DNA from: a virus
Lineage: Duplodnaviria; Heunggongvirae; Uroviricota; Caudoviricetes
Direction: 5' to 3' (one strand)
Virus record (IMG/VR): IMGVR_UViG_641736163_000007
Coordinates: 1 to 33,144 of that record
Length of the DNA stretch: 33,144 bases
A model generated the notes under the pieces. That model made no database searches and had not been told where the DNA came from. It was given only the letters and a program-made list of their open reading frames with translations. Both the position numbers and the translations under genes were made by a program. This document shows, piece by piece, positions 19,408 to 28,837 of this stretch (its first letter is position 1; the number at the start of each line of letters is the position of its first letter).

Positions 19408-21180
19408 ATGACCATCACCACAGACACCACTCTTTTACACGACCCGCGTCGTCAGGCGGCGCTGCTGTACTGGCAGGGGTTTTCCGTGCCGCAGATTGCC
19501 GCCATGTTGCAGATGAAACGCCCGACGGTGCAGAGCTGGAAACAGCGCGACGGCTGGGACAGTGTTGCCCCCATCAGCCGTGTCGAAATGAGCCTGGAAG
19601 CGCGGCTGACCCAGCTCATCATCAAACCGCAGAAAACCGGCGGTGATTTCAAGGAAATTGACCTGCTCGGACGCCAGATTGAACGACTGGCGCGGGTCAA
19701 CCGTTACAGTCAGACCGGCAACGAGGCAGACCTTAATCCGAACGTCGCTAACCGCAACAAAGGCGGGCGTCGCAAACCGAAAAAGAATTTTTTCAGTGAC
19801 GAGGCCATCGAAAAGCTGGAGCAGATTTTCTTTGAGCAGTCTTTCGACTATCAGTTGCACTGGTATCGCGCCGGGCTTGAGCACCGCATCCGCGATATCC
19901 TGAAATCCCGCCAGATTGGCGCGACGTTTTATTTTTCCCGCGAGGCGCTGCTGCGTGCCCTGAAAACCGGTCATAACCAGATTTTTCTGTCGGCCAGTAA
20001 AACGCAGGCGTATGTGTTCCGCGAATACATCATCGCCTTTGCCCGTCTGGTTGACGTTGACCTGACCGGTGACCCGATTGTCCTGGGCAATAACGGCGCA
20101 AAACTGATTTTTCTCGGCACCAACTCCAACACCGCGCAGAGTCATAACGGCGACCTGTACGTCGATGAGATTTTCTGGATCCCGAATTTTCAGGTACTGC
20201 GTAAGGTGGCATCAGGTATGGCCTCACAGAGTCACCTGCGCTCGACCTATTTCTCCACCCCGTCCACGCTGGCGCACGACGCCTACCCGTTCTGGTCGGG
20301 TGAACTGTTTAACCGGGGACGCGCCAGCGCCGCCGAACGCGTGGAAATCGACGTCAGTCATAACGCCCTTGCCGGTGGGCTTCTCTGTGCGGACGGCCAG
20401 TGGCGACAGATTGTCACCATTGAGGACGCCCTGAAAGGCGGCTGCACGCTGTTCGACATTGAGCAGCTCAAACGCGAAAACAGCGCCGACGATTTTAAAA
20501 ACCTGTTCATGTGTGAATTTGTTGACGACAAGGCATCGGTGTTCCCGTTCGAGGAGCTGCAACGCTGCATGGTCGACACGCTGGAAGAATGGGAAGACTA
20601 TGCGCCGTTTGCCGCCAATCCGTTCGGCTCCCGCCCGGTATGGATTGGTTACGACCCGTCACACCGTGGCGACAGCGCCGGATGCGTGGTACTGGCACCG
20701 CCGGTGGTGGCCGGTGGCAAATTCAGAATACTTGAGCGTCACCAGTGGAAAGGCATGGACTTTGCCACCCAGGCTGAATCCATCCGCAAACTCACCGAAA
20801 AATACAACGTCGAATACATCGGTATTGATGCCACCGGCCTCGGTGTCGGCGTGTTCCAGCTCGTGCGCTCGTTCTATCCCGCCGCGCGCGACATCCGCTA
20901 CACGCCGGAAATGAAAACCGCAATGGTGCTCAAGGCAAAAGACGTCATCCGCCGTGGCTGTCTGGAATACGACGTCAGCGCCACCGACATCACCAGCTCG
21001 TTTATGGCTATCCGCAAGACCATGACCAGCATCGGACGCAGTGCCACCTATGAGGCCAGCCGCAGCGAGGAAGCCAGCCACGCCGACCTCGCCTGGGCGA
21101 CCATGCACGCCCTGTTAAATGAGCCACTCACCGCCGGTATCAGCACCCCGCTGACATCCACCATTCTGGAGTTTTACTGA
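19408..21180 (+). CDS. P: Terminase large (ATPase) subunit
   Basis: 590 aa from ATG at 19408 preceded by GAGG; divergent from O; stop overlaps Q start (TGATG). Confidence 0.85.
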   Translation: MTITTDTTLLHDPRRQAALLYWQGFSVPQIAAMLQMKRPTVQSWKQRDGWDSVAPISRVEMSLEARLTQLIIKPQKTGGDFKEIDLLGRQIERLARVNRYSQTGNEADLNPNVANRNKGGRRKPKKNFFSDEAIEKLEQIFFEQSFDYQLHWYRAGLEHRIRDILKSRQIGATFYFSREALLRALKTGHNQIFLSASKTQAYVFREYIIAFARLVDVDLTGDPIVLGNNGAKLIFLGTNSNTAQSHNGDLYVDEIFWIPNFQVLRKVASGMASQSHLRSTYFSTPSTLAHDAYPFWSGELFNRGRASAAERVEIDVSHNALAGGLLCADGQWRQIVTIEDALKGGCTLFDIEQLKRENSADDFKNLFMCEFVDDKASVFPFEELQRCMVDTLEEWEDYAPFAANPFGSRPVWIGYDPSHRGDSAGCVVLAPPVVAGGKFRILERHQWKGMDFATQAESIRKLTEKYNVEYIGIDATGLGVGVFQLVRSFYPAARDIRYTPEMKTAMVLKAKDVIRRGCLEYDVSATDITSSFMAIRKTMTSIGRSATYEASRSEEASHADLAWATMHALLNEPLTAGISTPLTSTILEFY

Positions 21181-21372
21181 TGAGCAAGAAAAAAGGGAAA
21201 ACACCGCAACCTGCGGCAAAAAAAATGACCGCCAGCGCCCCGAAAATGGAGGCATTCACCTTTGGTGAGCCGGTGCCGGTACTCGACTGCGTATTACCGT
21301 GAAGGAGATCGGTGAGTAACATCGATGGAGATCGGTTCGTGTCACTTTCACAGAACCGTTTTTAAATTACCT

Positions 21373-22122
21373 TCACTGATCTCCTTCGGTCAACGGAGAT
21401 TGTATTTTCCGCATTGATTCTCCTTTAAGTTCGATCTTGATACTGCCATGAACCAGTCGATCTAGGATGGCATCCGCATGTGTGGAGTCTCCGATCATTT
21501 TGTACCAGTTTTCCACCGGCAACTGGCTCACTACGATGATTGAGCCTCGTTGGTACATCAGATCCACTATTTCCAGCAGGTCGCTACGCTGTTCTGATGA
21601 GAGAGGTTCCAGCCCCCAGTCATCCAGAAGCAGCAGATCGCTATTATTCAGCCTGGTCAAAAGTTTGCTGTATCTTCCATCAGCATGCCCCTGATAGCAC
21701 TGTTCCATCAGCGCTTTAAGGCGATAATAGTAGACCTTGTATCCCTGTCGGCAGGCATTATGACCAAGTGCACATGCCAGGAACGTTTTACCGCTGCCGG
21801 TGGCCCCGGTCAGTAAAATATTTTGTTTCAGGGTTAACCAGTTTCCCTGACTGAGTGAACGGATGAGGGCCCTGTCCAGCCCTCTATTGTTACGATAATC
21901 CAGCTTTGATAACTCAGCATTAAGTCTGAACCGTGCATGTTTGATCAGACGCTCTGCCTTCCTGTTTTCACGGCAGGTTAGTTCTTCTGCTGTCAGTAAT
22001 GACAGGCGTTCTTCGAAGCCCAGCTCCTGGTATGTGCCCGGCTGAGCAAGTTGCTTTTTAAGCGCATCACGGAAGCCGGTGAGTTTAAGTGCGGTCAGTT
22101 GTTCGTAAAGATGATTCATCAT
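21373..22122 (-). CDS. istB: IS21-family helper ATPase IstB
   Basis: 249 aa with Walker A GATGSGKT and Walker B LLLLDDWG; follows istA. Confidence 0.9.
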   Translation of the reverse strand: MMNHLYEQLTALKLTGFRDALKKQLAQPGTYQELGFEERLSLLTAEELTCRENRKAERLIKHARFRLNAELSKLDYRNNRGLDRALIRSLSQGNWLTLKQNILLTGATGSGKTFLACALGHNACRQGYKVYYYRLKALMEQCYQGHADGRYSKLLTRLNNSDLLLLDDWGLEPLSSEQRSDLLEIVDLMYQRGSIIVVSQLPVENWYKMIGDSTHADAILDRLVHGSIKIELKGESMRKIQSPLTEGDQ

Positions 22123-22133
22123 TGGATCCCGTA

Positions 22134-23675
22134 TCAGTGGTAATACTCACTGCCGCGTACGTTTTCGTGTTCCATCGTGGATAACAGATCTGGTTTTGGA
22201 TCCTGAACAGGTTGTTTATCCAGACCTTTTTCCAGGATCGATTTAATACCTGACAGACGCCATACCTTTGTTTTCAGAGCTCTTGCACATGCTGCATTAA
22301 GTCTGGCTTTACTGTATTTTTTATGAAGGTTCAGGAGTCCAAGGCAGAAGCGATAGCTTTGTTCCGGATGTGGACGAGAGTTCAGTATATGAAGCACATA
22401 ACTATGAGTTTCACTGCCTATGTGCCCCGCCCATTCCAGAAGACGCTCTGGCGTCCAGGTGGCATGCTGTCGATGAGCTTCAGGCATGTGCTCGTTGCGG
22501 GTACTGTAGCCATAAGTACGCTTGCGCGGGTGCACAGCAACCTCCTGCCCCTGATTGAAGAGTCTTACCAGTTCTCCGGAGATCCATGCTTCCAGTTGCT
22601 GGCCTAACAGCGAACATGGAACCGAGTAGTAATGTTTGTCGATTTCCACGTGGTAATCGGCATGAACTCTGACTTTCTTCACCAGGGTGTAACTGTAACT
22701 GGCTTCAGGAAGAGGCTTCAGTGCGGGTTTATCAAGCTGGATGAAGAGTTCTGCACGTGAATAACCCAACTTCTGCATTATTTTGTTATTCAGTCTTTCC
22801 AGCAACTCCCGAATGCGCTGATTAAGCGATGCAAGGCTGTAGAAGATCTCATGCCTGATTCGGGCCATGATCCAGCGTTCAACAACCTGAACGCCAACTT
22901 CAGCTTTGGCTTTATCTTTCGGTTTACGTGGCCGCGCAGGCAAAACTGCGACATTATAATGCTCAAGCATCTGCTGGTAGGTAGGGTTAACGTCAGGATC
23001 ATACTTACATGCCCTGGATGTGGCGCTTTTCAGATTGTCCGGAACAACAAGTTCAGGAACGCCACCCAACCACTGGAAGCAGCGAACATGACTCATCACC
23101 CAGTCTTCAAGCTGCTGAGACCAGGTGGCCTCTGCCCATGTGTAACTTGATGCCCCGAGAACAGCTACGATGACCTGAGCAGTTCTTATTTCTCCGGTCT
23201 CAGGGTCGGTAACGCCAACGGTAGGTCCACAGTAATCAACGAAAAGTTTTTCGCCAGCTTTATGTACCTGACGCATTGATGGTGAAGTGGTTTTGAGCCA
23301 TTCACGGTACATCCGGCAGTAATGGTTATAGCTGTAAAAACCGCCTGGATTACGCTCACAGTATTCTTCCCAGAGTAGCTGCAGCGTCACGCATTTATTA
23401 CGCAGTTCCCGGTGTACTGTAGCCCAGTCAGGCAGAGAGTGCTTCTTCATCTTAACCTGGGTCTGAAGGAACGCATGTTTTAGTTTTGTATCATCCCATC
23501 CTGTAGGTAAGGGCCACTGCTTTATGCCAAGTTGAGCCGCCCGATTAGCATATCTGGATACAACGGAAGGGGAGATTGCAAGACTACGACCAATTTGTCG
23601 ATGGCTGAGTCCAACACAGTATTTAAGCCTAAGAATTTCTTTAAGTTTTCTCATAGAAATTGGAACTGTTGGCAT
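22134..23675 (-). CDS. istA: IS21-family transposase IstA
   Basis: 513 aa, N-terminal HTH-like region, upstream of istB in the same orientation. Confidence 0.85.
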   Translation of the reverse strand: MPTVPISMRKLKEILRLKYCVGLSHRQIGRSLAISPSVVSRYANRAAQLGIKQWPLPTGWDDTKLKHAFLQTQVKMKKHSLPDWATVHRELRNKCVTLQLLWEEYCERNPGGFYSYNHYCRMYREWLKTTSPSMRQVHKAGEKLFVDYCGPTVGVTDPETGEIRTAQVIVAVLGASSYTWAEATWSQQLEDWVMSHVRCFQWLGGVPELVVPDNLKSATSRACKYDPDVNPTYQQMLEHYNVAVLPARPRKPKDKAKAEVGVQVVERWIMARIRHEIFYSLASLNQRIRELLERLNNKIMQKLGYSRAELFIQLDKPALKPLPEASYSYTLVKKVRVHADYHVEIDKHYYSVPCSLLGQQLEAWISGELVRLFNQGQEVAVHPRKRTYGYSTRNEHMPEAHRQHATWTPERLLEWAGHIGSETHSYVLHILNSRPHPEQSYRFCLGLLNLHKKYSKARLNAACARALKTKVWRLSGIKSILEKGLDKQPVQDPKPDLLSTMEHENVRGSEYYH

Positions 23676-24806
23676 AGGTATCCTTTACCGGAATGGCAAA
23701 AGATACAGATCAACACACCTGTGAAGTTCCAATAACATTGATGGAGATCACTGAATAACAAAATGAGTCAAAAGTGATCTCCATCGATGTTATTCAGCGA
23801 TCTGTTCAAATGTTATTACCCGATCTCGATGGAAGTTATTGAGTGATCTCCTTTCATGAAAATACGCACTCGACCGCCGTGACATTCTGGATTACGTCGA
23901 GTGCATCAGTAACGGCAGATGGTATGAGCCACCGGTCAGCTTTACCGGTCTGGCAAAAAGCCTGCGTGCTGCCGTGCATCACAGCTCACCGATTTACGTC
24001 AAACGTAATATTCTGGCCTCGACATTTATCCCGCATCCGTGGCTTTCCCAGCAGGATTTCAGCCGCTTTGTGCTGGATTTTCTGGTGTTCGGTAATGCAT
24101 TTCTGGAAAAGCGTTACAGCACCACCGGTAAGGTCATCAGACTGGAAACCTCACCGGCAAAATATACCCGCCGTGGCGTGGAGGAGGATGTTTACTGGTG
24201 GGTGCCGTCCTTCAACGAGCCGACAGCCTTCGCGCCCGGTTCCGTGTTTCACCTGCTGGAGCCGGATATTAATCAGGAGCTGTACGGCCTGCCGGAATAT
24301 CTCAGCGCCCTTAACTCTGCCTGGCTGAATGAGTCGGCCACGCTGTTCCGCCGCAAGTATTACGAAAACGGCGCACATGCCGGATACATCATGTACGTCA
24401 CCGATGCCGTGCAGGATCGCAACGATATCGAAATGCTTCGCGAAAACATGATGAAGTCGAAAGGCCGCAACAACTTTAAAAACCTGTTTCTCTATGCCCC
24501 GCAGGGGAAAGCCGACGGCATTAAAATTATCCCGCTCAGTGAAGTGGCGACGAAGGACGATTTTTTTAATATCAAAAAAGCCAGCGCCGCTGACCTGCTG
24601 GACGCGCACCGCATCCCTTTTCAGTTGATGGGAGGCAAGCCGGAGAACGTCGGGTCGCTGGGCGATATTGAGAAAGTGGCAAAGGTCTTTGTCCGCAATG
24701 AGCTTATCCCGTTACAGGACAGGATCCGCGAGATAAACGGCTGGCTCGGTCAGGAGGTCATCCGCTTTAAAAACTACTCACTGGACACTGACAACGGCTG
24801 AACATC

Positions 24807-24828
24807 GCCGCCTGCGGGCGGCTTTTTT
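24807..24828 (+). terminator. Rho-independent terminator after portal gene Q
   Basis: GCCGCC-tgcg-GGCGGC stem-loop followed by TTTTTT, 6 nt after the Q stop codon. Confidence 0.75.
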
Positions 24829-24970
24829 ACACCCCGTCATCACGCCCTCACACGCTCACCACCGCGCAAAACAGCCCGCAGACACACCAACGCCCCAGCA
24901 GGCCAAGTAAACGCCTTCGCGACGCGCTCAGACGCTGAAAAAATAAAATCAGCACCACCGCCAGCGCGCA

Positions 24971-24989
24971 GTGCTTTCCCCGCCTCGCC
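24971..24989. other. cos site (cohesive end sequence)
   Basis: gtgctttccccgcctcgcc is the reverse complement of GGCGAGGCGGGGAAAGCAC, which I recall as the 19-nt P2 cohesive end; lies between Q and the A-side accessory genes as expected. Confidence 0.7.
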
Positions 24990-25116
24990 CGCCCGCTTCA
25001 TGGGGCGGTTTTAATGCAGTTGCATGATTACCCCAGAAGCGCGAAGGCACCCTTCCTTAGTTACAGCTGCGATGACATTTACTGCATGCATTTTAATGCA
25101 GCTTCACGCAACATAA

Positions 25117-25977
25117 TCAACAATAAGGATAACGATTTAAAATTTCATCTTCTTGATACCCCAGATAGTGAGACATCAATCCAATTGATGGTCTCGTTAT
25201 AGGGCTATCTATCAACGGATAACGAACCTCTAAATCCTCAAATTTTAAAATTTTCACATAGCCTTTGACCTTTTTCTTATTAATTAGAGATTCCGAATAC
25301 TCTGGAAAATTTTTTAATAAAGAGTAAATATCCATAATCAAACCATCTATCATCAACATAAGTCTCTCACTAACATCAATATAAAACGCAGCATCATTCG
25401 CACCTATAATATTGACAATATCATCATTCTTCATTCGAGATGACGGCACCGGAGAGCCTGCAGCAGAAATTATTTTACCTCTACACTCTTTATCGAATTC
25501 ATTCCTTAACTTTATAGCCTCCAATAAACTATTATATCGTCTTAGCACATCTTCAATAACAATAATATCAAGCTTCTCCGCTTCATTACTGCCTGACTCA
25601 CCGACCTTCCCCTCTCCTTCAGAAATAAGACAAGTCAATTCACTCACATCTATAGATATAGGCGCCCCATAAATAACCACCACTGGAAACATTAAAGCTC
25701 TCTCAATTGGATTGGTACTTGCACAAACCCCCTTGTAATAATTACTTTTCACTTGCAACAGAGTTGTCAAGGCTGAGAAAAGCTTACACATAGATTGATT
25801 TACAACATCTATTTTTTTCTTTTCGGCCTTAACATTTTCTTGCCTATTAAAAACCCTAATGGATATAAAGTAACTTAAAAAAGCTGACAGCATCGGAAGC
25901 AATATAGGAAGAATATAATTTTTAACAAAAGCCATACTTCCATCAATACCACCAATTACTTCAATTCTTGAGTCCAC
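25117..25977 (-). CDS. Hypothetical membrane-anchored protein, cargo at the tin/old position (start may be ATG at 25935)
   Basis: 286-aa ORF in very AT-rich DNA, where an open frame this long is unlikely by chance; one N-terminal hydrophobic helix followed by a Lys-rich stretch, suggesting a cytoplasmic C-terminal domain; no family recognised. Confidence 0.7.
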   Translation of the reverse strand: MDSRIEVIGGIDGSMAFVKNYILPILLPMLSAFLSYFISIRVFNRQENVKAEKKKIDVVNQSMCKLFSALTTLLQVKSNYYKGVCASTNPIERALMFPVVVIYGAPISIDVSELTCLISEGEGKVGESGSNEAEKLDIIVIEDVLRRYNSLLEAIKLRNEFDKECRGKIISAAGSPVPSSRMKNDDIVNIIGANDAAFYIDVSERLMLMIDGLIMDIYSLLKNFPEYSESLINKKKVKGYVKILKFEDLEVRYPLIDSPITRPSIGLMSHYLGYQEDEILNRYPYC

Positions 25978-26011
25978 TGGATAACGTTCCTCTTCTCGCC
26001 ATCTATTTTTA

Positions 26012-26218
26012 TTAAAAAGCAGTTATTGTTCTATTGCAGCGTTCTGTCGCAACTTTCAAAGCATCGCGACCATCACTTAAGTACGGATATGAACCAATAT
26101 CTTTAAAATATTGAATACCTCTGCTTACACATTCTTCAACATCTTTTTTATGTCCATTATCACAACCAGACAACAGAAAAGTCGCAATAACAATTATGTA
26201 AAAAGCATTTTTATTCAT
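26012..26218 (-). CDS. Small putative lipoprotein (68 aa)
   Basis: MNKNAFYIIVIATFLLSGC: basic n-region, hydrophobic core, lipobox LSGC; two further Cys in mature part; AT-rich; directly upstream of the 286-aa gene. Confidence 0.6.
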   Translation of the reverse strand: MNKNAFYIIVIATFLLSGCDNGHKKDVEECVSRGIQYFKDIGSYPYLSDGRDALKVATERCNRTITAF

Positions 26219-26270
26219 TTCAATGATAATTCCTTTTATTTTAAATAAAATCATGTTCGACCGATGATAC

Positions 26271-26276
26271 ATTATA
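26271..26276 (-). promoter_or_regulatory. Candidate -10 hexamer (TATAAT) for the lipoprotein/286-aa cassette
   Basis: Perfect TATAAT on the minus strand about 55 nt upstream of the lipoprotein ATG, just after the A stop; no good -35. Confidence 0.3.
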
Positions 26277-26298
26277 AACAATCAGTTTAGTATTGTTC

Positions 26299-28572
26299 TT
26301 ACGGGCAAGTAAATCCCGGCCACTCATCAGCGACCGGATACATGAATTTTTTCCCGTCATAATTTACGGTCGCGCCACGAGCCAGCGCCTCAAGCTCCCA
26401 TCGCTGCGGCCTGATACCGTTCTGAGCAAGGTCAACGCGGATACGGGTAATTTGCATTCGTTCCGACCGGGTCAGTCTGGCCGATGGTGCAATTTCATGC
26501 GGTTTTAACGGGCTTCCGTTTCTTTGCTGACGATTTGGCGTTCTCAGCCCGTGTTTTAATGCGCCCCTGAGCGCCTTCACGACCTCCGGGTCATTCCATT
26601 CGATAACACCATCATCAACCAGATTAAGCACTGCTACGGCGTGCTCAGAAGGTGTGGGAACCGGTAACGAAGTATCACCACCGGTGAGCTTTCCACAGTT
26701 ATTGACAGGACTCCGAGGCGCGGCGATGCCGCTTTTTAAAGTCAAAGGCTCAACGACAGGAACTTTCGGCACAATGCGCCAGTCCGTGGTTCTGGTGATA
26801 TGAATATGACGCGCGCCGAGATGCGGCGCGTAAATGCCGACCACTCTCTCGACTTCTTCCTCGTACTCGTTAACGTCATCCGACGGACTACGGGCGACCC
26901 TGACAGTCTGACAATCGCGCGGGACATTTGCCCCACCCTGCGCGCTGATATACAGCGCAAAATCGCCACTGTCTGCGGCAGCGCGTGCAGCCTCGACGCG
27001 TTCGTCAAACTCATCAGCAATGCTGACGCCGCGAGGTAATTTGCGTAGTTCACGGTAAGCCCCCATTGTCGGCAGGCCAACAGTTTTAAATTGCGGAATA
27101 CGCCACGTTGACGCCCATGCGGTAACAGCCGCGGCAGTGTCTTTCAGCGGCCTGCCGGTATCGTTATCGAGCTGACCATCCAGTGCATAGCCGTCGATGT
27201 TTTTTGAAATGTATTTCGCGATATATCCCGCAGCACCGCCCCGGTTAAGGTGTTTTGCCTGAAAACGGTTTCGCGCGGCTCCTCTTTCGTCGCCATCCTC
27301 TTTGAGCGCATAGCGACGCATGATTTCGATAATCTGGTTACGCTGGCGTGGATGACAAAAAAGCATCATATGCCAGTGCGGCGTTCCGTCGTGGTGTGGC
27401 TCGACGACACGCAAACCGTAGACCTGTAAATCATTATCTTTGAATGCCGTGCGCATCAGGCTCCAGATATGGCAGAGATAACGCTGCGCATCCTTTGGAT
27501 TAAATGCCTCATCGTTCCAGCCGTGATTTAGCTGGACGGTTTTACTTTCGCCTTTTCCGACCTGACGTGTCGGGTGATACTTTGACGGCGCGGTCAGCGT
27601 GATAAACATCCCCACATCGCCCTCTGCGGCGGCGTAACGCTCAATACCGGCAATGGTGTTCATCAACTCCATCCGACGAATTTCAGGATTAGAAATACTG
27701 CCCATCACCTTACTGATAAGGTCGATGCGCTCGCCGGTTTCCCTGTTTTCGAGGTCACACGATTTAAGAAATTCCAGATTTGCCTGGCGGCGTGCACGCA
27801 CATCACGAATGGCGTGTTTACTGGCATAAGGAGAACGGTCTTTATTGACCTCCCCTACAGCAATCAGTAACGCCTCATGCCAGCGCATACGCTGGCCTTT
27901 AAGCTGATGAGTCCACCACTCATCGTTAAACAGGCGGGCAATGGCAGAATATGCCTGCCTCGTGGTCATCTGTCCTTTACGGTATTTTTTCCAGTAGAGC
28001 GGGGAAATATTGAAAGCACGTGCAGCGCCAGCAACATGACCATACAGGTGAGCCTGCGCCTCATCCGTAAACAGCGATTCTTTTTCGCCATGCGCATCCA
28101 CCCAGGCATCGCTGAGTTCCTCATACATCATGAAAAGCTGCGATGAGATACGGGCGGCAAACTTTTTCAGCTCCTTGTCATTCATTCCAGGCAGGCGCGC
28201 ATAATGGTCACGCTCTGCCAGAAACAGCAACGACGCGTCGGTGTTCATTTCATGGCGCTGATTCACGCGCTCAATGCGCGGCCATAAACGACGCTGAAAA
28301 GTGGATGTGAGGAAATAAAACCCGTGCACCGGGCTTTTATTGCGCCGGATGTAGTCATAACGTGAAGTAAACAGCGAGCGCAAAAAGTAAGGCAGACGGT
28401 TAATCGTGGATAAAACACCTTGCACCTGACGCATCTCGTCACGTGTAAGGGGTCTTTCGCGCCCGACAGCCTCGCGTGGCGCGTTCCATGCATAAGCACC
28501 GGTAAACGCCTTACCGGTGCCTGCAGCAAATGCTGACGGAGGGACAAAACGCCCGGAGGCTTTAACGGCCAT
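26299..28572 (-). CDS. A: Rolling-circle replication initiator (endonuclease)
   Basis: About 757 aa from the MAVKASG start; the track ORF starts 14 codons upstream; HUH motif (PHWHMMLF) and tandem tyrosines (YIAKYISK). Confidence 0.9.
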   Translation of the reverse strand: MAVKASGRFVPPSAFAAGTGKAFTGAYAWNAPREAVGRERPLTRDEMRQVQGVLSTINRLPYFLRSLFTSRYDYIRRNKSPVHGFYFLTSTFQRRLWPRIERVNQRHEMNTDASLLFLAERDHYARLPGMNDKELKKFAARISSQLFMMYEELSDAWVDAHGEKESLFTDEAQAHLYGHVAGAARAFNISPLYWKKYRKGQMTTRQAYSAIARLFNDEWWTHQLKGQRMRWHEALLIAVGEVNKDRSPYASKHAIRDVRARRQANLEFLKSCDLENRETGERIDLISKVMGSISNPEIRRMELMNTIAGIERYAAAEGDVGMFITLTAPSKYHPTRQVGKGESKTVQLNHGWNDEAFNPKDAQRYLCHIWSLMRTAFKDNDLQVYGLRVVEPHHDGTPHWHMMLFCHPRQRNQIIEIMRRYALKEDGDERGAARNRFQAKHLNRGGAAGYIAKYISKNIDGYALDGQLDNDTGRPLKDTAAAVTAWASTWRIPQFKTVGLPTMGAYRELRKLPRGVSIADEFDERVEAARAAADSGDFALYISAQGGANVPRDCQTVRVARSPSDDVNEYEEEVERVVGIYAPHLGARHIHITRTTDWRIVPKVPVVEPLTLKSGIAAPRSPVNNCGKLTGGDTSLPVPTPSEHAVAVLNLVDDGVIEWNDPEVVKALRGALKHGLRTPNRQQRNGSPLKPHEIAPSARLTRSERMQITRIRVDLAQNGIRPQRWELEALARGATVNYDGKKFMYPVADEWPGFTCP

Positions 28573-28837
28573 ATGAGCCAAAAGCCTCTGAACAACGCCT
28601 GCTGAGTTGCTCAACCTGCGCGTTTAAATCGGCAAAAGACTTTGCGCTTCCGGTCAGAATATCGTGATGCATCAGGCCGGAAACGAGCTGGCTTAATTTC
28701 GGGTAATAACCAACCACCGCCAGCCATTCCTGACCGGCGTTTTTACCGCTTTCCGCTCTCTTTTTCTCGTGGAGAATAAACTGAAAGCTGTCACTGGTAA
28801 CGACATAACGTTCGCCAATTTCAATACGAATACTCAT
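28562..28837 (-). CDS. Hypothetical early protein (P2 orf83-like position)
   Basis: 91-aa ORF overlapping the A start, normal GC. Confidence 0.6.
   Translation of the reverse strand: MSIRIEIGERYVVTSDSFQFILHEKKRAESGKNAGQEWLAVVGYYPKLSQLVSGLMHHDILTGSAKSFADLNAQVEQLSRRCSEAFGSYGR

Larger units (their letters stand above)
21288..23868 (-). mobile_element. IS21-family insertion sequence (istA-istB), 2581 bp, 6-bp target site duplication CTCGAC
   Basis: Imperfect terminal inverted repeats TGCGTATT...GGAGATC at both ends with TG/CA termini; multiple GGAGATC sub-terminal repeats; direct repeats ctcgac at 21282-21287 and 23869-23874. Confidence 0.85.
21180..24801 (+). pseudogene. Q: Portal protein gene Q interrupted by an IS element (5' fragment 21180-21287, 3' fragment 23869-24801)
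   Basis: 36 N-terminal codons end in PVPVLD, then IS; reading resumes RRDILDYVEC... in the 23974..24801 ORF frame; removing the IS and one CTCGAC copy restores a continuous ~346-codon ORF. Confidence 0.85.

Noticed and set aside
19435-20145. 236-aa minus-strand ORF inside terminase gene P
   Set aside because: Fully antisense to a well-supported high-GC gene; no start context; typical spurious open frame in GC-rich coding DNA.
23843-24328. 161-aa plus-strand ORF spanning the IS right junction into Q
   Set aside because: Out of frame with the portal 3' fragment and starts inside IS terminal repeats; artefact of the insertion.
24151-24609. 152-aa minus-strand ORF within the portal 3' fragment
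   Set aside because: Antisense to the conserved portal reading frame.
25014-25202. 62-aa plus-strand ORF between cos and the 286-aa gene
   Set aside because: Short, overlaps the 3' end of the 286-aa ORF on the opposite strand, no ribosome-binding site noted; retained only as a possibility.
24990-26298. Expectation of an OLD-family ATPase or other recognisable P2 exclusion gene at the A-cos locus
   Set aside because: No ORF of the appropriate size (about 580 aa) or with Walker/TOPRIM-like motifs is present; the locus instead holds the two unrecognised genes reported above.
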